From: Phoronis australis
Taxonomy: Eukaryota > Animalia > Phoronida
Direction of reading: 5' to 3'
DNA length: 64,000 bases
Assembly (NCBI GenBank): GCA_002633005.1
Contig: NMRA01000406.1
Span: 4,862 to 68,861, forward strand
In this document: one piece after another, positions 10,606 through 23,723 of the stretch
How the letters are laid out: each line of letters opens with the position of its first letter
Position numbering within the stretch: the stretch's first letter is position 1
Notes under the pieces: generated by a model
Databases searched by the model: none
The model's input: only the letters and a program-made list of their open reading frames with translations
Told to the model about the DNA's origin: nothing
Made by a program: the position numbers and the translations under genes

Positions 10606-13600
10606 CGTGCGCGCGCACACACACACATAATGACGAACATAGGTGAATGGAAATAAATTCCTTCTACAGTATGTGTAGGCATTTATCTAGATTCTCCATT
10701 TTTAAAGACGCACGTTAAAAGAGGCAATTCTTAAAAAAAGCAAGTTGATGAACACACGACGTCTTGCTACCAGCTGATACAATTAACTAGTTCATATTCT
10801 TCTTACTTGTGTATGTTGGTTGGTCACCACTTCTTGAAATTACAAACGTTGATTCGTTTGCCTCGTCATCAACTCCAATCCATATGGGAAAGGACAGTCC
10901 AACAGATGTCGCCTGTTAAATACAATAGATACCTGTGTAATCGTTTACTTGCAGAGAAAATGGAGAGGATGTTGAGGGTGCCCCGCCAAGGCTTGCAAGA
11001 CTGGTTATTCATCAAAAGTTCCTCTACCAGTTACATCGATTGTGCAGAGGGAGGGAGATTTAACAGTATTTGACCCTTCTCTGTGAGCGTATAATTACCG
11101 GCTGTCGTCGGTTATTTCCGTACCCACATTTCCGGCTCATCAGTTCAGGAACTTGTCCTGAACGCTGCCATTTTTTCGTTGTAACTTAATGTGCTATCGC
11201 TTGCTCGAAAAGTCTTCATTATTATGTTTTATTACTAATATCTCGTGATTCGTTTGTGTGTGTAGTGTATTTATAGTTTGTAGTTAGTGGTCGTTGAATT
11301 TTTTTGGAATGTTACGCGTACATATTATGTTAAAATAGCATTGGTGTTTAGTTCCTTACGTAGGGCGGTCGAACCTAGAAACCAATAATTATGAGTCGAA
11401 CCAATTTTTTCCGTTTTGATTTTTTTCTCGTCTTGAAAAAGTGCTTTGCTATCATCGGAAATGTAGTGCATTCTACTCAGTAAAAATCGAAAAAGTATCA
11501 AAATTGGGACAAGCAGTGTTAAGTTATTGCAATTTTTGTGGCGAAATTTGGGTCACTTTGTTTGGATCGCGTCGGCCATATTGCAGCGGTATAAGTTACG
11601 AGTTTAAAACTTTGTGTAAATTGTTTTCGCCAACAATTTACGGTGAAATTTAGTGAGACATATCTTTACTTACTATTCTGCGCGATTCGACAGTGTTCAC
11701 CAAATTTCAGCCTCGCAGTTGTTACTCATTAAGTGATAAATGTGCTCACAATTCCCGTTGGACTTCGTCTCACTTCTGGCGGCACCGACAACGTGGCGAC
11801 TTTTGCTGAACTGGAAGGCATGTTCAACCTGTTACCAAGGAGTGTACGAGTATACTACTACACTCCTTGCTGTTACTTTGTAATTTTTGAAGATTTAACG
11901 TTGATACATTTTGACAAACGTTGCTACAAAAAAGGAACTTTGTTCCATTTTCATGTTTTTTGTGCAAAAATATAAGATAATTCGAATTATTTTACTGTGA
12001 ATTTCCCATTCAGGTTATCTTACACTAAGCTAAAAAAAATAGTTGAAATAATTTTTCCTATGCTCCAGCGATGAAATTAGGAGTCATTGAGTGCACAAAA
12101 TGTGGCATTTAGATTTTTGTTAGGATAACTATCCATGTACGAAAATGAAGTTGTTTTGAATTTTGACGTATAGAACGATTTTTGAAAATCTGCCGGTTTT
12201 ATATAGACTTCCTCTTAACGAGTTCCTGCCAACTTTGGTCACTTGACAATCAATTGCTGTGGCGGAATACAGCAGATAAGAAGAAGAGGTCGATTTTGAG
12301 CGAGAATTGGACAATTACTATGCAGACACAGGAGAGTGGATACGGGCATCACACTCAAGTACTTACGGAATCAGGCAATGAATTCGACTTCCCACTTAGC
12401 GAAATTGGTCGGCTTTGAGGCCCTATGAACTCGACCCACTTGAACGAGAAATGCTGCAGCCACAACCAACTTAACCAAGGGTTTGTCAATATAGTTGGAG
12501 AGCCAGCAGGACTTTATTCACTGTGCCGCCTCCGGCCAGCATTCTTTCTCGCATTTGGAGCATCTGCACTTAGAGTTGTGCATGCGCTTTGTTGATTCTT
12601 AGTTTTCGTCTGATGTTATGCTTCAAATTTCGAGCTGTGGCTAAACACACCGTAAGTTGTTTTATATATTCTTTAAGATATTCCTAACGTTAAGGTTCGT
12701 TAACAGTTAGCCACCCACTATACTGTAGGATATCCTTGCATAGCTTTCGTGCTGTTTTTTAGTGACTTTCTTTATGTAACGTGCTACTACTGTCCCGCTC
12801 GGGTGTTTCATTTTTTCCCGATAGTTCGAGCCATTTTTCGTCGGCTTTTTCCATAGTACTCGGCTTTTGCTCGTCAGTCTACTTGTACTCATCATAGTTG
12901 GGGATTTTGTGTCATGTATATCACTTTAGAGACATTTGCTAGTGTTGTGACTAGTTTTTGTTCTTGTTTCAGCTTTTTACCATCAGTACGTGGTTATACG
13001 TTTGTTTGTGAGAAACAATATATTTACACATTTGAGTGCAAAAGGTTTGATTGCGTAATTGTATTGTAAATCACCAATCATTGAAGGAAAGGGGCGTCTT
13101 GAGTCGCGCAATCTTGGGCTTTGGTCCCTCTGGGGTCCAAAACAGGACCCCAAAAATCCATTTACTTAAAATTTCGAGTGCAACATCCGTTTCAAGTTTA
13201 TTTCATTCTAATCACCACTCAAATTTTACAAAATGATGCAACTTAAGACGCGAAAATGCCTTGGGTTATTAATTAAGATCCCTACTAATTAATGACCAAT
13301 TAACGTTTTATTCAAACTTTTAAATGCAACAAAAATTCTTTTTCAAAAAAAAGTTTAGTAACTTTGGACACCATATCCATAACTTAAGACGATTTTTTTC
13401 CTGGGGTTTGTAGATAAGACGGGGGTGTTTGGAAGAAAGTGACTACGGTCACGGATTAGATGGTTCAACCATTATTCCGCGTACCCACCTCGACCTTCGG
13501 TCTCGGTAGATACGCGGAATAATGTCAAGTGGGATATTATTTCATGTATGCCCCTCAAGGTACGTTTTGTATTTATACCATACGCATCGAATTCGTGAGT

Positions 13601-16600
13601 TTCTTTTGTTTTCTTTCGGCATTTTATAAGTACTTCACCCTGACTGTTTACGTGGCTAATCACAACCTGTTGTGTATGTACGTGCGCGTTATGTTGATAA
13701 CTTACTATAGTAAAAGAAAACAGTTTTAAATGTAACGGTTTATTACTTGAATTCGATAAAAAGTGTGAAAATGACAGTTATCGAGCACTGAAAAAATTGT
13801 ATCGTTTTTCGAAAATAAATAAATAAATAAATAATAAGAATATTTATATCATTGTAAGATCCTCATTCATGAAACTAGGTCATTGACCGGAGTTCGTAGC
13901 CTACACGTCGTCTGCTTTCACGAAGATGTTAAAGTGCCACTGTTGGTGACAGCTCCGGCGAATATGCCTGTTGTAGCGTTGTTGCCGGTACGTTGTCGCA
14001 TTTCTACGGATTCTGTAGCCTTGGTACAAAACAATAACCCAAAGCTATATACTAAATATACGACAGTCTCACTGTTGATACAGCTAGCTGGCTGGCTACG
14101 GATTCTCTAGCATGGATAGGTTCACGTGTTGCTGGGACGGTCGTTGCTGCTCGTGTAATACTGTCGTCGATAGTATCGGGTGCTGTCATGGCCAGTGACA
14201 ACAATGTTTGATGTTGGCGAGGAATCGGTGCCTGAGTTGCAGACGATATAATGTATACTCGGGAACCCAATGGTCGTCCGCCTAAGCATAAAACCGGCTT
14301 GTTGTCGTACTCACCCAATCATTCCACTTCAAAGTTATGATCTGAATAGGATTTGATTTAACTCTCACAAATATATAGTATTCGTTGATTCAAACGTTTT
14401 CTTTTACTTATGCCGAGTTGTTCAACTGTGCATTGCTTTTCGGCAGCCATTTTATAATGACACCTATGGTCGTCATATGCTGCCGCCTTTTGAAAGAACA
14501 GCAAACCACACAGAAAAAGGCCAAGAAAATAGTGGAAAGTGGTATACAGCAATTCTACTTCAACCACAAACTGCTTTACTAGTATGATATCGATTTTTAA
14601 ATCGATTAAAATTGATTTAGAATTTCAGTTCTGGAAAATAAATCACGGCTGAGCCCTGGATTGTTTTATTCCAGATATACCTTACTTATTTCTGTTTGTG
14701 ACCTCTTTATTTGACTTTTTGCTCTTGTTGTACTTAACACCACTTATCTTTGCTGTCTTACTTTTTCTTTTCAGTTTCTCTTCATTCTCTGTTAACACCT
14801 TGTCAGCCAGAACAGAACTATAACCCTTTGAGACTTTGTCGGCGCAAGTTGATCATTGAACCTCAATACAATTGTTCTAATAAATTACCCATAATCGTAT
14901 TGTTTGATTTTTTCTCATCTTTAACAGGCTTATGCAATCATAAATAAATAAATAAATACCCAAGTCGCATTTGAATTTTATTGCTCAATCTCTTCTTTTA
15001 TTTTTGATTATGTCATGCTGTGTTGTATGTAACAATGCAATATAGTGAAATAAAGTCAATGTTTTACTTTATTGGTGGCCATTCTCTATCAATTCAAGTA
15101 TTTTAATTTTCTTCAAATAAATTCAAAATGCTTTAATCAAAAATGTCAACATAAATGTCGAGCTCAGTACTGTGTTTTGCAATAAAAAAACAAGTGGACA
15201 ATGTTTTGATGACCAAGGCGTGGGTCGAAACTGTTAAGCACCCAGCGTGTTCCATTTGTCTGCTGCGTTTTTCCTTTGGCCTAACAGGTGTCGGTTAGTG
15301 CCTGGGACAAATAGATACATTGCATAGACAATCCCTGAGTTGCTTTTTGTTCCGTCTGAAGAAAATTTAATTTCGAAAATATCTTCTGAAAATGAACAAA
15401 AAAGTGCATTAGTAAAATCGACAAGTTTTTAAGTGGTCTCAAAAAAACAGTCGGTAAATCCACTAATTTTAGTCTCAGTTCTTCCATGCGTGTTTCTCCC
15501 GAGAGGTTAGTACCCAACGTGCAGACGAGCACTCCAAATTGGAACGCTAAGTCCCGCGTGGTTGCGCTGCACGCGAAACAAGATGGCGGACGACCTTTGG
15601 AGCCTGACGACGATAGGTATCCGGACTATATAGAAATTGAAAACTGAGACAGAACTGTCATATAATTAACAGTCCTGTTCCAGAAGTTACGATTGAGACC
15701 TGGTTGCATGCTGAGTGGTATTTACACTGCTACAGTTGTATTACTTTAAGATATTTTCCGAAAGTTTGATGATCTAACCGGCTAACGACATCGAGTAGAC
15801 ATTGGCCTACCTTTTGAACCTTCAATGTCAGAGGTCACTGTTGAAGTAGTGCGGGAGGTGAATACGGAAAACATTATTACATGGCCGTATTTCCCTCGAC
15901 AGATTCAACGCGTATGGGATAAAATAGAACTACGCATTCAAACCTTTTGTACTCAAAAGCATGAATAAAGTACTGCTGGCTCTCCAACTTATATTCACAA
16001 AATATGCACTTAATAATCACTGAGTAAGGCCACAGTAAACCACTCGTGTTCACTATTGCCATGATGGAATGAGCACGACACATGCATAAGCCTACGTGTC
16101 GTAGCACTCGATTGCTTGGCATTACTCGCCCCAGAATGGAAGCAGTTTGTTCGTTTTTTATAAAATTTGCAAATACAATTACAATCTGGCGAGTCCTTCA
16201 TTGTAAACCGCTTTTGTGTTTGGTCGAAACACGATTCCTTGAAATGTAGTGTGATCCTGACTGAATCGCGTGATCCCCATTAACATTCCACACTCTCGTA
16301 CGGTACAGAGCACAAACCGCAACTTGCACGTATTTGTACAATTTGAACACAGAGACATTTTCAGGTAAGTGTTACTATAGCCTCCACAAACGCACATTTT
16401 TATATCTGAAAACGACCGCTCTCCGCGGACTTTCCTCAAAACTCGTCAGTATTGCACTGGTGAGAACAATAACGGCGAAGACGGTCTTCCACCAATTACG
16501 TACAACCTCGATAACAGCAAAATATTTTGAAAAATTTTGGCTTGTTTCTTAGGAGCAGGTATAAGAAAGACTATTAAATCTTTTGAGATATGTCAATAAA

Positions 16601-17773
16601 ATTCTTTTTTTAAAAGAGACAGGGTCATGGTGGGAACTCTTCAAATAAGCATGCAATGAACTTCTTATTCGGAAATGCACAAGGAAAGCATCATGAGAAA
16701 AGAAAGTGCTGGATACAATGTGAATATGTACACTTTACCGTTTTGTGAATCCAGGTGTTTTCCGCGTCGTTCACAGGTACAACTACCTCCCCGTCGAATG
16801 ACTGGCAGCGTGTCTGGGCGTTCGAGTAAGTATAACTTTTGTTCGACGTAATTTCGAACAGGTAGCCATTTGCACCATAAGTGACAAAGCTCTCTTCTGA
16901 ACAAAAAATCATGTAACATGGATTTAGAGTTTAAGCATAAGTGTAGTGTGCAGGTGTTTTGTGGTGATCTGAATAATGATGCTTCATAAAGATGTGGATA
17001 AACAGTATGATTTAACACGGCATTTTCTGAGTGCGTTGTAAAATGTCAGAGACAGACAACACGTACGCATGGTCGGGCCATCTTTATTTTTAACCCATAA
17101 CTCCCAACAACTTTCACCGTAACAAGTTATACAGGGTTTACAGAAAGGACCATCTATACTACGCAACATGATATACAAGTACATGGAGGTGCAAAAAACG
17201 TTTGCAATGATGATATCTGCAGCGTTTTCGCCACTAATGTGAACCTAGGTATTAGCGTTGGTTCGTCATGATGGTAATCGTCAAGATCGTGTACAATTTA
17301 TGGGGTGCAAAAAGGTATTGCGATTCGGCATGATGTTGACGACATGTTTAGCCTAAAAAATCATAGTTGGCCCTGTACCCCGATTAATTTTGATACCTGA
17401 TATCGTCAGTTGAAAAAATTCACAAGTTTGCAGCGATATCAACCAAGGTCTGCTATTTATTTTTGAAAACTACACAAAGGCATGGGCACGTAAGCAAGGT
17501 TTGAAAAACCAAAATTTATTGTTTGTAGCTCCGGTTAAATATAATAACTTTAAAAATCTATACCATCAAATACTTAACCCAAAACTGCGTTTCTCGGCCC
17601 TAACAATGGCCATGTCCTTTAACGTCTTTGTCAACTATCTCCACGAGCAGAAAACTGAAATATTAGTAAGATTCAAACAAATTTTAACTACAAATGTGAA
17701 TATACTTACGTGTGAAACGACATTTTATGGAGACCATAACAGTGAGAACAACGTAAATTTCTGTGATTCTCAT
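10281..17773 (-). CDS. Secreted single-domain C-type lectin (EPN/WND type), at least 4 exons, ~150-156 aa
   Basis: Phase-consistent join gives [35 protein letters not shown]...[13 protein letters not shown]...[24 protein letters not shown]...[18 protein letters not shown]...[18 protein letters not shown]. The four core Cys and the WIG, EPN and WND motifs are present. Confidence 0.9.
10501..10627. repeat. (CA)n microsatellite in lectin intron 3
   Basis: Interrupted CA run. Confidence 0.97.
10807..10912 (-). CDS. C-type lectin exon 3 (WIG motif)
   Basis: taacag|GCG...A|gtaaga, 106 nt; [24 protein letters not shown]. Confidence 0.9.
12300..12660 (+). mobile_element. Kolobok-like relic, KolX-like N-terminal fragment
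   Basis: ESGNEFD...(frameshift)LRPYELDP matches ESENEFD...LRPYELDP at 4340-4540; element boundaries not defined. Confidence 0.6.
15580..16641 (-). mobile_element. Kolobok-like relic in reverse orientation
   Basis: [14 protein letters not shown] start on - near 16400; PFEP on + near 15810; the right end, read on -, resembles the left end of 3829-4792; left boundary approximate. Confidence 0.58.
16739..16896 (-). CDS. C-type lectin exon 2
   Basis: ttcag|AA...ACG|gtaaag, 158 nt; Y..A...C...G..V.....EN.WI pattern. Confidence 0.88.
17710..17773 (-). CDS. C-type lectin exon 1, signal peptide
   Basis: ATG, hydrophobic [12 protein letters not shown]|gtaagt donor; phase 1 matches the next exon. Confidence 0.72.
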
Positions 17774-18384
17774 GTTACGGACGGTAAATTTCCCTTACAA
17801 ATAATCAAAGTTATAGCGGCATCGTATACTAATAGTCAGAGCTTCAGCAATTATGCAAAATATATCAATTAACCATAATGTTGTACACGTAGTGTCATTG
17901 TTTTCGACAATTAAGCTATGAACTGTTCTGTTGATTAATTTATGACTTTGAGGAATTGGGAATTTATTCATATTCTTGCGAATGATTCAGGTTGGTTGGT
18001 TATTGTCATTCGTCATGTTTTTCATCAGCATAATAGTATATTCATCACTAAATTTATATGTTATCATTTTAATGACATGGGAGTGATTCTAATCATGCTA
18101 AGCAATTCAGATGTTACGACCAGCTTTGGTTAATATTGTTTTATTGATTAATTTATTTATTTCAAGCACCGTGCAGGTACACAATTTGTTCAAGCAGACC
18201 ATAGATTATAGTGCATAATCTATGAGCAGACAAAGGATGTTTGTGAACTCTTGTGTATACATATTTCATTGAAGACACGACTTTGATCTGTTTTACGCGT
18301 TTAATTTCAGTTCTTTCAAACTCTCTAAATAGGGATATTGTCTTTACATCCCAAAAAGGCAATAAAAATCCAATCAACAGTACA

Positions 18385-18607
18385 TAAATATTGATTATTA
18401 CATGGCGAAGTCGTTATCCCCCGTTATCTAGAGCCCAAGTGGATTATGGAGAATTATCGCCCGGTTGTATCTGCCATTCAAGGCTAATATTGTGGTATAA
18501 ATTAAGTTATACCACAATATTAGCCCCTCGGGCGATAATTCTCCAAAATCCACTCGGGCTCTAGATAACGGGGGATAACGACTTCGCCATGTAATAATCT
18601 ATATTTA
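18385..18607. mobile_element. Foldback/palindromic MITE
   Basis: Long inverted arms gattattacatggcgaagtcgttatcccccgttatctagagccc and their reverse complement; inner ggctaatattgtggtataa hairpin. Confidence 0.85.
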
Positions 18608-18708
18608 TCGTAATCTATTTTGCCCGGGGTACGCCACGAGCTATGTTGCAGAGTAAAACAAGAGGAGGATTGCAAATATTGTCATTTATTATGACGTAAT
18701 AGATAAAA

Positions 18709-19021
18709 CTAACTAAGACTCTGCAAGATGGGCGTGCACAAAACGCCATAATGGCAGAGATGAGAGATGTAGATGGCCAAGAAAGAGGTATTAATGGGCA
18801 AGGTGAGTGGAGAGTTGTTAGAGGAGAGGTGAAACTGTGCGAGGTTACGCAGGATGCGGGTGTAGGACTGAAGAGTGGAGGGGGCCAGGGAAGCCCGGAG
18901 CAGTCTGGTCACTCTGACAGGAGGTGCGGCGGGATCGGTGTCGGATGAGGGCTGAGCCAAGAACCCTGGGAAAAGGCGACCTGAAAGTTGAAACGAGAAA
19001 GTGCATCAGCGATGACGTTAG
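18709..19021 (-). mobile_element. DIRS/Ngaro tyrosine-recombinase retrotransposon fragment
   Basis: RNase H end NVIADALSR overlaps a second frame, LLRASLAPSTLQSY...LAIYISHL, resembling the YR N-terminal domain; runs into a gap. Confidence 0.8.
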
Positions 19022-19649
19022 NNNNNNNNNNNNNNNNNNNNNNNNNNNNNNNNNNNNNNNNNNNNNNNNNNNNNNNNNNNNNNNNNNNNNNNNNNNNNNN
19101 NNNNNNNNNNNNNNNNNNNNNNNNNNNNNNNNNNNNNNNNNNNNNNNNNNNNNNNNNNNNNNNNNNNNNNNNNNNNNNNNNNNNNNNNNNNNNNNNNNNN
19201 NNNNNNNNNNNNNNNNNNNNNNNNNNNNNNNNNNNNNNNNNNNNNNNNNNNNNNNNNNNNNNNNNNNNNNNNNNNNNNNNNNNNNNNNNNNNNNNNNNNN
19301 NNNNNNNNNNNNNNNNNNNNNNNNNNNNNNNNNNNNNNNNNNNNNNNNNNNNNNNNNNNNNNNNNNNNNNNNNNNNNNNNNNNNNNNNNNNNNNNNNNNN
19401 NNNNNNNNNNNNNNNNNNNNNNNNNNNNNNNNNNNNNNNNNNNNNNNNNNNNNNNNNNNNNNNNNNNNNNNNNNNNNNNNNNNNNNNNNNNNNNNNNNNN
19501 NNNNNNNNNNNNNNNNNNNNNNNNNNNNNNNNNNNNNNNNNNNNNNNNNNNNGTGGCTGAATGAGAGACCACGTTGAACAGAACAAATGAAATATGGGCG
19601 ACCAATCAGGAGTCGCGTAGAGAAACGTATGAATACAAAAGTAGGCCCT

Positions 19650-20800
19650 AGAGGCTATAAATAGAGATGAGTAATGCAAAATAAACCCTAAGGACTGGTC
19701 TCAAAATAAAGAGACAAGTGTCAAAATAATGACGATAAATGCATTTAACAAGTTAAATTTAATATATGATTACGAATGTAAATAATTCATTTTCATACTC
19801 ATGTATGCAATTCTATCCACTCACACAAAGAAATTTAATATTATAAAGAAATTCTGATACTATTTCGAATAAAACCTTATTTTCATTTGGGTCGAGTTCT
19901 TGACATCCATAAAGAAAAAAATTTATTTTGTTGTACAAGTGGTGGAATTTCAGAATATTTTTGTAAACATTGGGGTGTTGTTCGAGTGTCTGTAAGTAGT
20001 CATGGGGATGCTCTTTTGAGAATGGGTAGAAAATTGCAGTGTCATCAGCATATAGGAATGTTAAATTAGAGTTTATTGTGTATGGAAGACCATTGATGTA
20101 CAGTAAAAAGTGTAGAAACTCCAGCGTTTACGAAACCTGGCGTTGATGAAGGTGATAAGTCACCCTCAATTCGGACTTTTTAAGTTCGATATTCCAGATA
20201 TGATTTTAAAAGAGGAGAGTGCCTGAGAAACCGTAAGATTGTAACTTATGTAAACGCAGGTCATGGGGAACGACATCAAAAGCTGACGCAATGTCTAAAA
20301 ATACTGATCTCACGTTGTATCCTTGCTCAAACTGGAGGTGGATGTCGTGTACAATTTCTGTAAGTTGGGACACAGTGCTGTTAAAGGCATGAACCCAAAT
20401 TGGCGACGATATATGAGGTTTGGTGAAGAGAGGTGGTCAAACGTGTTGAGAAATGATTTTTTCTAAAATTTTGGATAAGATGTTAAGTATAGTTATGGGG
20501 CGATTGTTGGCAATGTCTGTTTTGGATTGGTATCATAATGCCACGCTTCCAGTGTAATATAATGAGGTTATGCCCTCCACGTGCATGCGAATTTGTTTGG
20601 GTCTTTAGCAGAGCTGATCACGGGTGTTGTGCAAGAAATCCCAGAGGGATGGTTAATCGAGGAAAGGTGGCAATTATACAAGAATTCTTCAAGAGATAGG
20701 CATGCCTCTGCTGTAGAAAATCCAGGAATAGTTCTCTGTTGTAGCACGTCCAGGAATAGCGGCAGTTATGCAAGAATTTTCTAGGGATAGTCAGTTAGCT
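19650..20800 (-). mobile_element. Decayed LINE (CR1/L2-type) reverse transcriptase
   Basis: Motifs in RT order on -: NRPITILNILSKILEKII (~20500), QFGF (~20400), LDIASAFDVVPH (~20280), FLLYINGLP, then YADD at 20052-20041. Boundaries approximate; partly duplicated at 21673-22060. Confidence 0.85.
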
Positions 20801-22432
20801 CGTTATATTTAAACATATCTTAACACTCATACCGCTACCTAAAAAGAGTTCCAGATAACCTATTCAGTTGCTGACGGGAACTAAACAAATGACACGACAC
20901 CCTCCGGAAAGGGCTCTCCAAATTCTTGCTACACATGACGATGCCATATACTTGTATCTGGGAGTGACCCCCGGGAGACACGCGGATACATTTCTTCAAA
21001 CCATACAACTCTAGCCCTGGAATGCCAACTTCGATCTTGCGCTACTGACGTTGCGCTGAGCATGAATGAAATTTGTTAGCATTTGCTTGTTCTGGTAGGT
21101 AATTAGTATGGATTTTGCTACCCCTAAAATTTCGCAAGTGAAGCAAAAGATAAATGAAAGCGCTCTGAGGAGCGAAACTTGGCGAAATTAACCAAAAAGA
21201 TGACGATAAAGATGATGACGAAGATGACGAATATGACGACGATGGTGGCGAGGATGAACAAAAGAAGTAATAACATACACAAGACGAACGTAGAAGTCCG
21301 AAATCAGTAAGAAAAAGGCTACAGTCTTGAGCGACACTTGGCGAAATTAACGGAAAAGACAACGACGGAGATGATGACGAAGATGATGACGATGATGACG
21401 AATATGATGATGGTGGTGGCGATGANNNNNNNNNNNNNNNNNNNNNNNNNNNNNNNNNNNNNNNNNNNNNNNNNNNNNNNNNNNNNNNNNNNNNNNNNNN
21501 NNNNNNNNNNNNNNNNNNNNNNNNNNNNNNNNNNNNNNNNNNNNNNNNNNNNNNNNNNNNNNNNNNNNNNNNNNNNNNNNNNNNNNNNNNNNNNNNNNNN
21601 NNNNNNNNNNNNNNNNNNNNNNNNNNNNNNNNNNNNNNNNNNNNNNNNNNNNNNNNNNNNNNNNNNNNNNNNCAAATTGGCGACGATATATGAGGTTTGG
21701 TGAAGAGAGGTGGTCAAACGTGTTGAGAAATGATTTTTTCTAAAATTTTGGATAAGATGTTAAGTATAGTTATGGGGCGATTGTTGGCAATGTCTGTTTT
21801 GGATTGGTATCATAATGCCACGCTTCCAGTGTAATATAATGAGGTTATGCCCTCCACGTGCATGCGAATATGTTTGGGTCTTTAGCAGAGCTGATCACGG
21901 GTGTTGTGCAAGAAATCCCAGAGGGATGGTTAATCGAGGAAAGGTGGCAATTATACAAGAATTCTTCAAGAGATAGGCATGCCTCTGCTGTAGAAAATCC
22001 AGGAATAGTTCTCTGTTGTAGCACGTCCAGGAATAGCGGCAGTTATGCAAGAATTTTCTAGGGATAGTCAGTTAGCTCGTTATATTAAAACATATCTTAA
22101 CACTCATACCGCTACCTAAAAAGAGTTCCAGATAACCTATTCAGTTGCTGACGGGAACTAAACAAATGACACGACACCCTCCGGAAAGGGCTCTCCAAAT
22201 TCTTGCTACACATGACGATGCCATATACTTGTATCTGGGAGTGACCCCCGGGAGACACGCGGATACATTTCTTCAAACCATACAACTCTAGCCCTGGAAT
22301 GCCAACTTCGATCTTGCGCTACTGACGTTGCGCTGAGCATGAATGAAATTTGTTAGCATTTGCTTGTTCTGGTAGGTAATTAGTATGGATTTTGCTACCC
22401 CTAAAATTTCGCAAGTGAAGCAAAAGATAAAT
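20396..22432. repeat. 760-bp near-identical duplication across a gap (20396-21155 and 21673-22432)
   Basis: Direct comparison shows very few mismatches; probably uncollapsed haplotypes. Confidence 0.9.
21175..21424. repeat. GAT/GAC-rich degenerate repeat, ~160-bp unit x2, running into a gap
   Basis: cttggcgaaattaac recurs at 21178 and 21337, each followed by (gat/gac)n. Confidence 0.8.
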
Positions 22433-23464
22433 AATTTAATTTATAAGTAATTACCATTTCGCATAACCAACAGTTCTTAAAAAATTTGTTAATGCGAAAA
22501 TTACAGAGTGACGGTAACGTGAAAAAGGAAATAGAGACAAAGATTTTAGGCTATATATCTTTCACAATTTCTGTGAAGAATTTAGTCACGCACTCATCCA
22601 AAATTATCCATATTTATATAAATTGGACCTTTGGTGCCGTTTGATACAATAACATTCTTCAGTAAAATTCCAAGATGCAGTGACATTTGCAAAATATGTG
22701 ATGAACTAATTATTCCAACTGTCTAACTGAGAATTGTTCTCTGATAGATGGAAAAGTAAGCAAACATCTATTATGTACCTTTGAAGTGTACTGTGGATAC
22801 TTCATTAAGTTGGTTGCACTGTAGGACTTTCCATGACAGAAGTTTCAAAATAAAAATTAGTGATCCTGCTGCATGATACCTTGGAAAACAATTTCCGATT
22901 GTTATGTTACTAAAGAAAGAAGACTCTGGAAAATAACATTTATATTAAAGAGACAATGTTATATTTGGAACAACAGGGCTGGGAAGCATAAAACTTCAAA
23001 ACTATCCGTTTGATAGTTACACGAGGTCAGGTACATTGTTCAACAATAACAACGTGGCCGTCATAATGCAACGTCACTGTTCATGGGCGGCGCACCATAG
23101 GGGACTGCAGCCTCCCACTTTCTTCAGTGCTTCAGGGGGGCTTCGGGGGCTATAGCCCCACTTTTTTCAGTGCGGCACCGTCCATGTGTTGCTACATGGC
23201 ATATAACTTTTGTGCAACTGCGCTCTGTTGTGTAATTGTCACAGTCAACATTCAGAATGAAAAACCGGGTCTATTGAATTTAAAAGGGGGACTGTCGGAT
23301 AAAAAGCAGGACATTTGGGGTCTATGCCAAACGCAAGGGCGAAACGTTCACCACAACACAAAAGCGTCCCGACAGATTTTTTTGTCGAACAGGGTGGACG
23401 TTGCAATACACGGGTAACAACCCGTTTTTTCTATTTAGACCTGGATTCATGTGAAGAGACCAAG

Positions 23465-23723
23465 CAGTGGCGGATTTAGGGAGGGCAAGGGGACCATGGC
23501 ACCCCCTAAAATTCCCCCAGCTACAATTTGGCAGTTCGGGGTGCGAATTGCTCTGACTAGCATATGCCTTGAACAAACCCTGTTAACATTTTTTTGAGTA
23601 ATAAGGTCCAGAAACCCCAAAATTCGAGACTGCCGCAAGCCTACCTTTCAGGCTGGGCCCACGCAAAATTTTAGTTATTCCTGTGCCCTGCCCCCCCAAC
23701 TCAAAATCTTGGATCCGCCCCTG
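23465..23723. mobile_element. hAT5-like MITE, 5-bp TSD
   Basis: cagtggcggattta...tggatccgcccctg; TSD CCAAG. Confidence 0.85.

Noticed and set aside
10408-10682. His/Thr- and Cys/Val-repeat ORFs
   Set aside because: Translations of the CA microsatellite.
14052-14318. Thr/Ala-rich ORF as a mucin stalk of the lectin
   Set aside because: It lies between lectin exons 2 and 3, which join in frame without it; linking it would need a frameshift.
21042-21424. Ser-rich or Asp/Met-rich ORFs
   Set aside because: Products of a GAT/GAC simple repeat.
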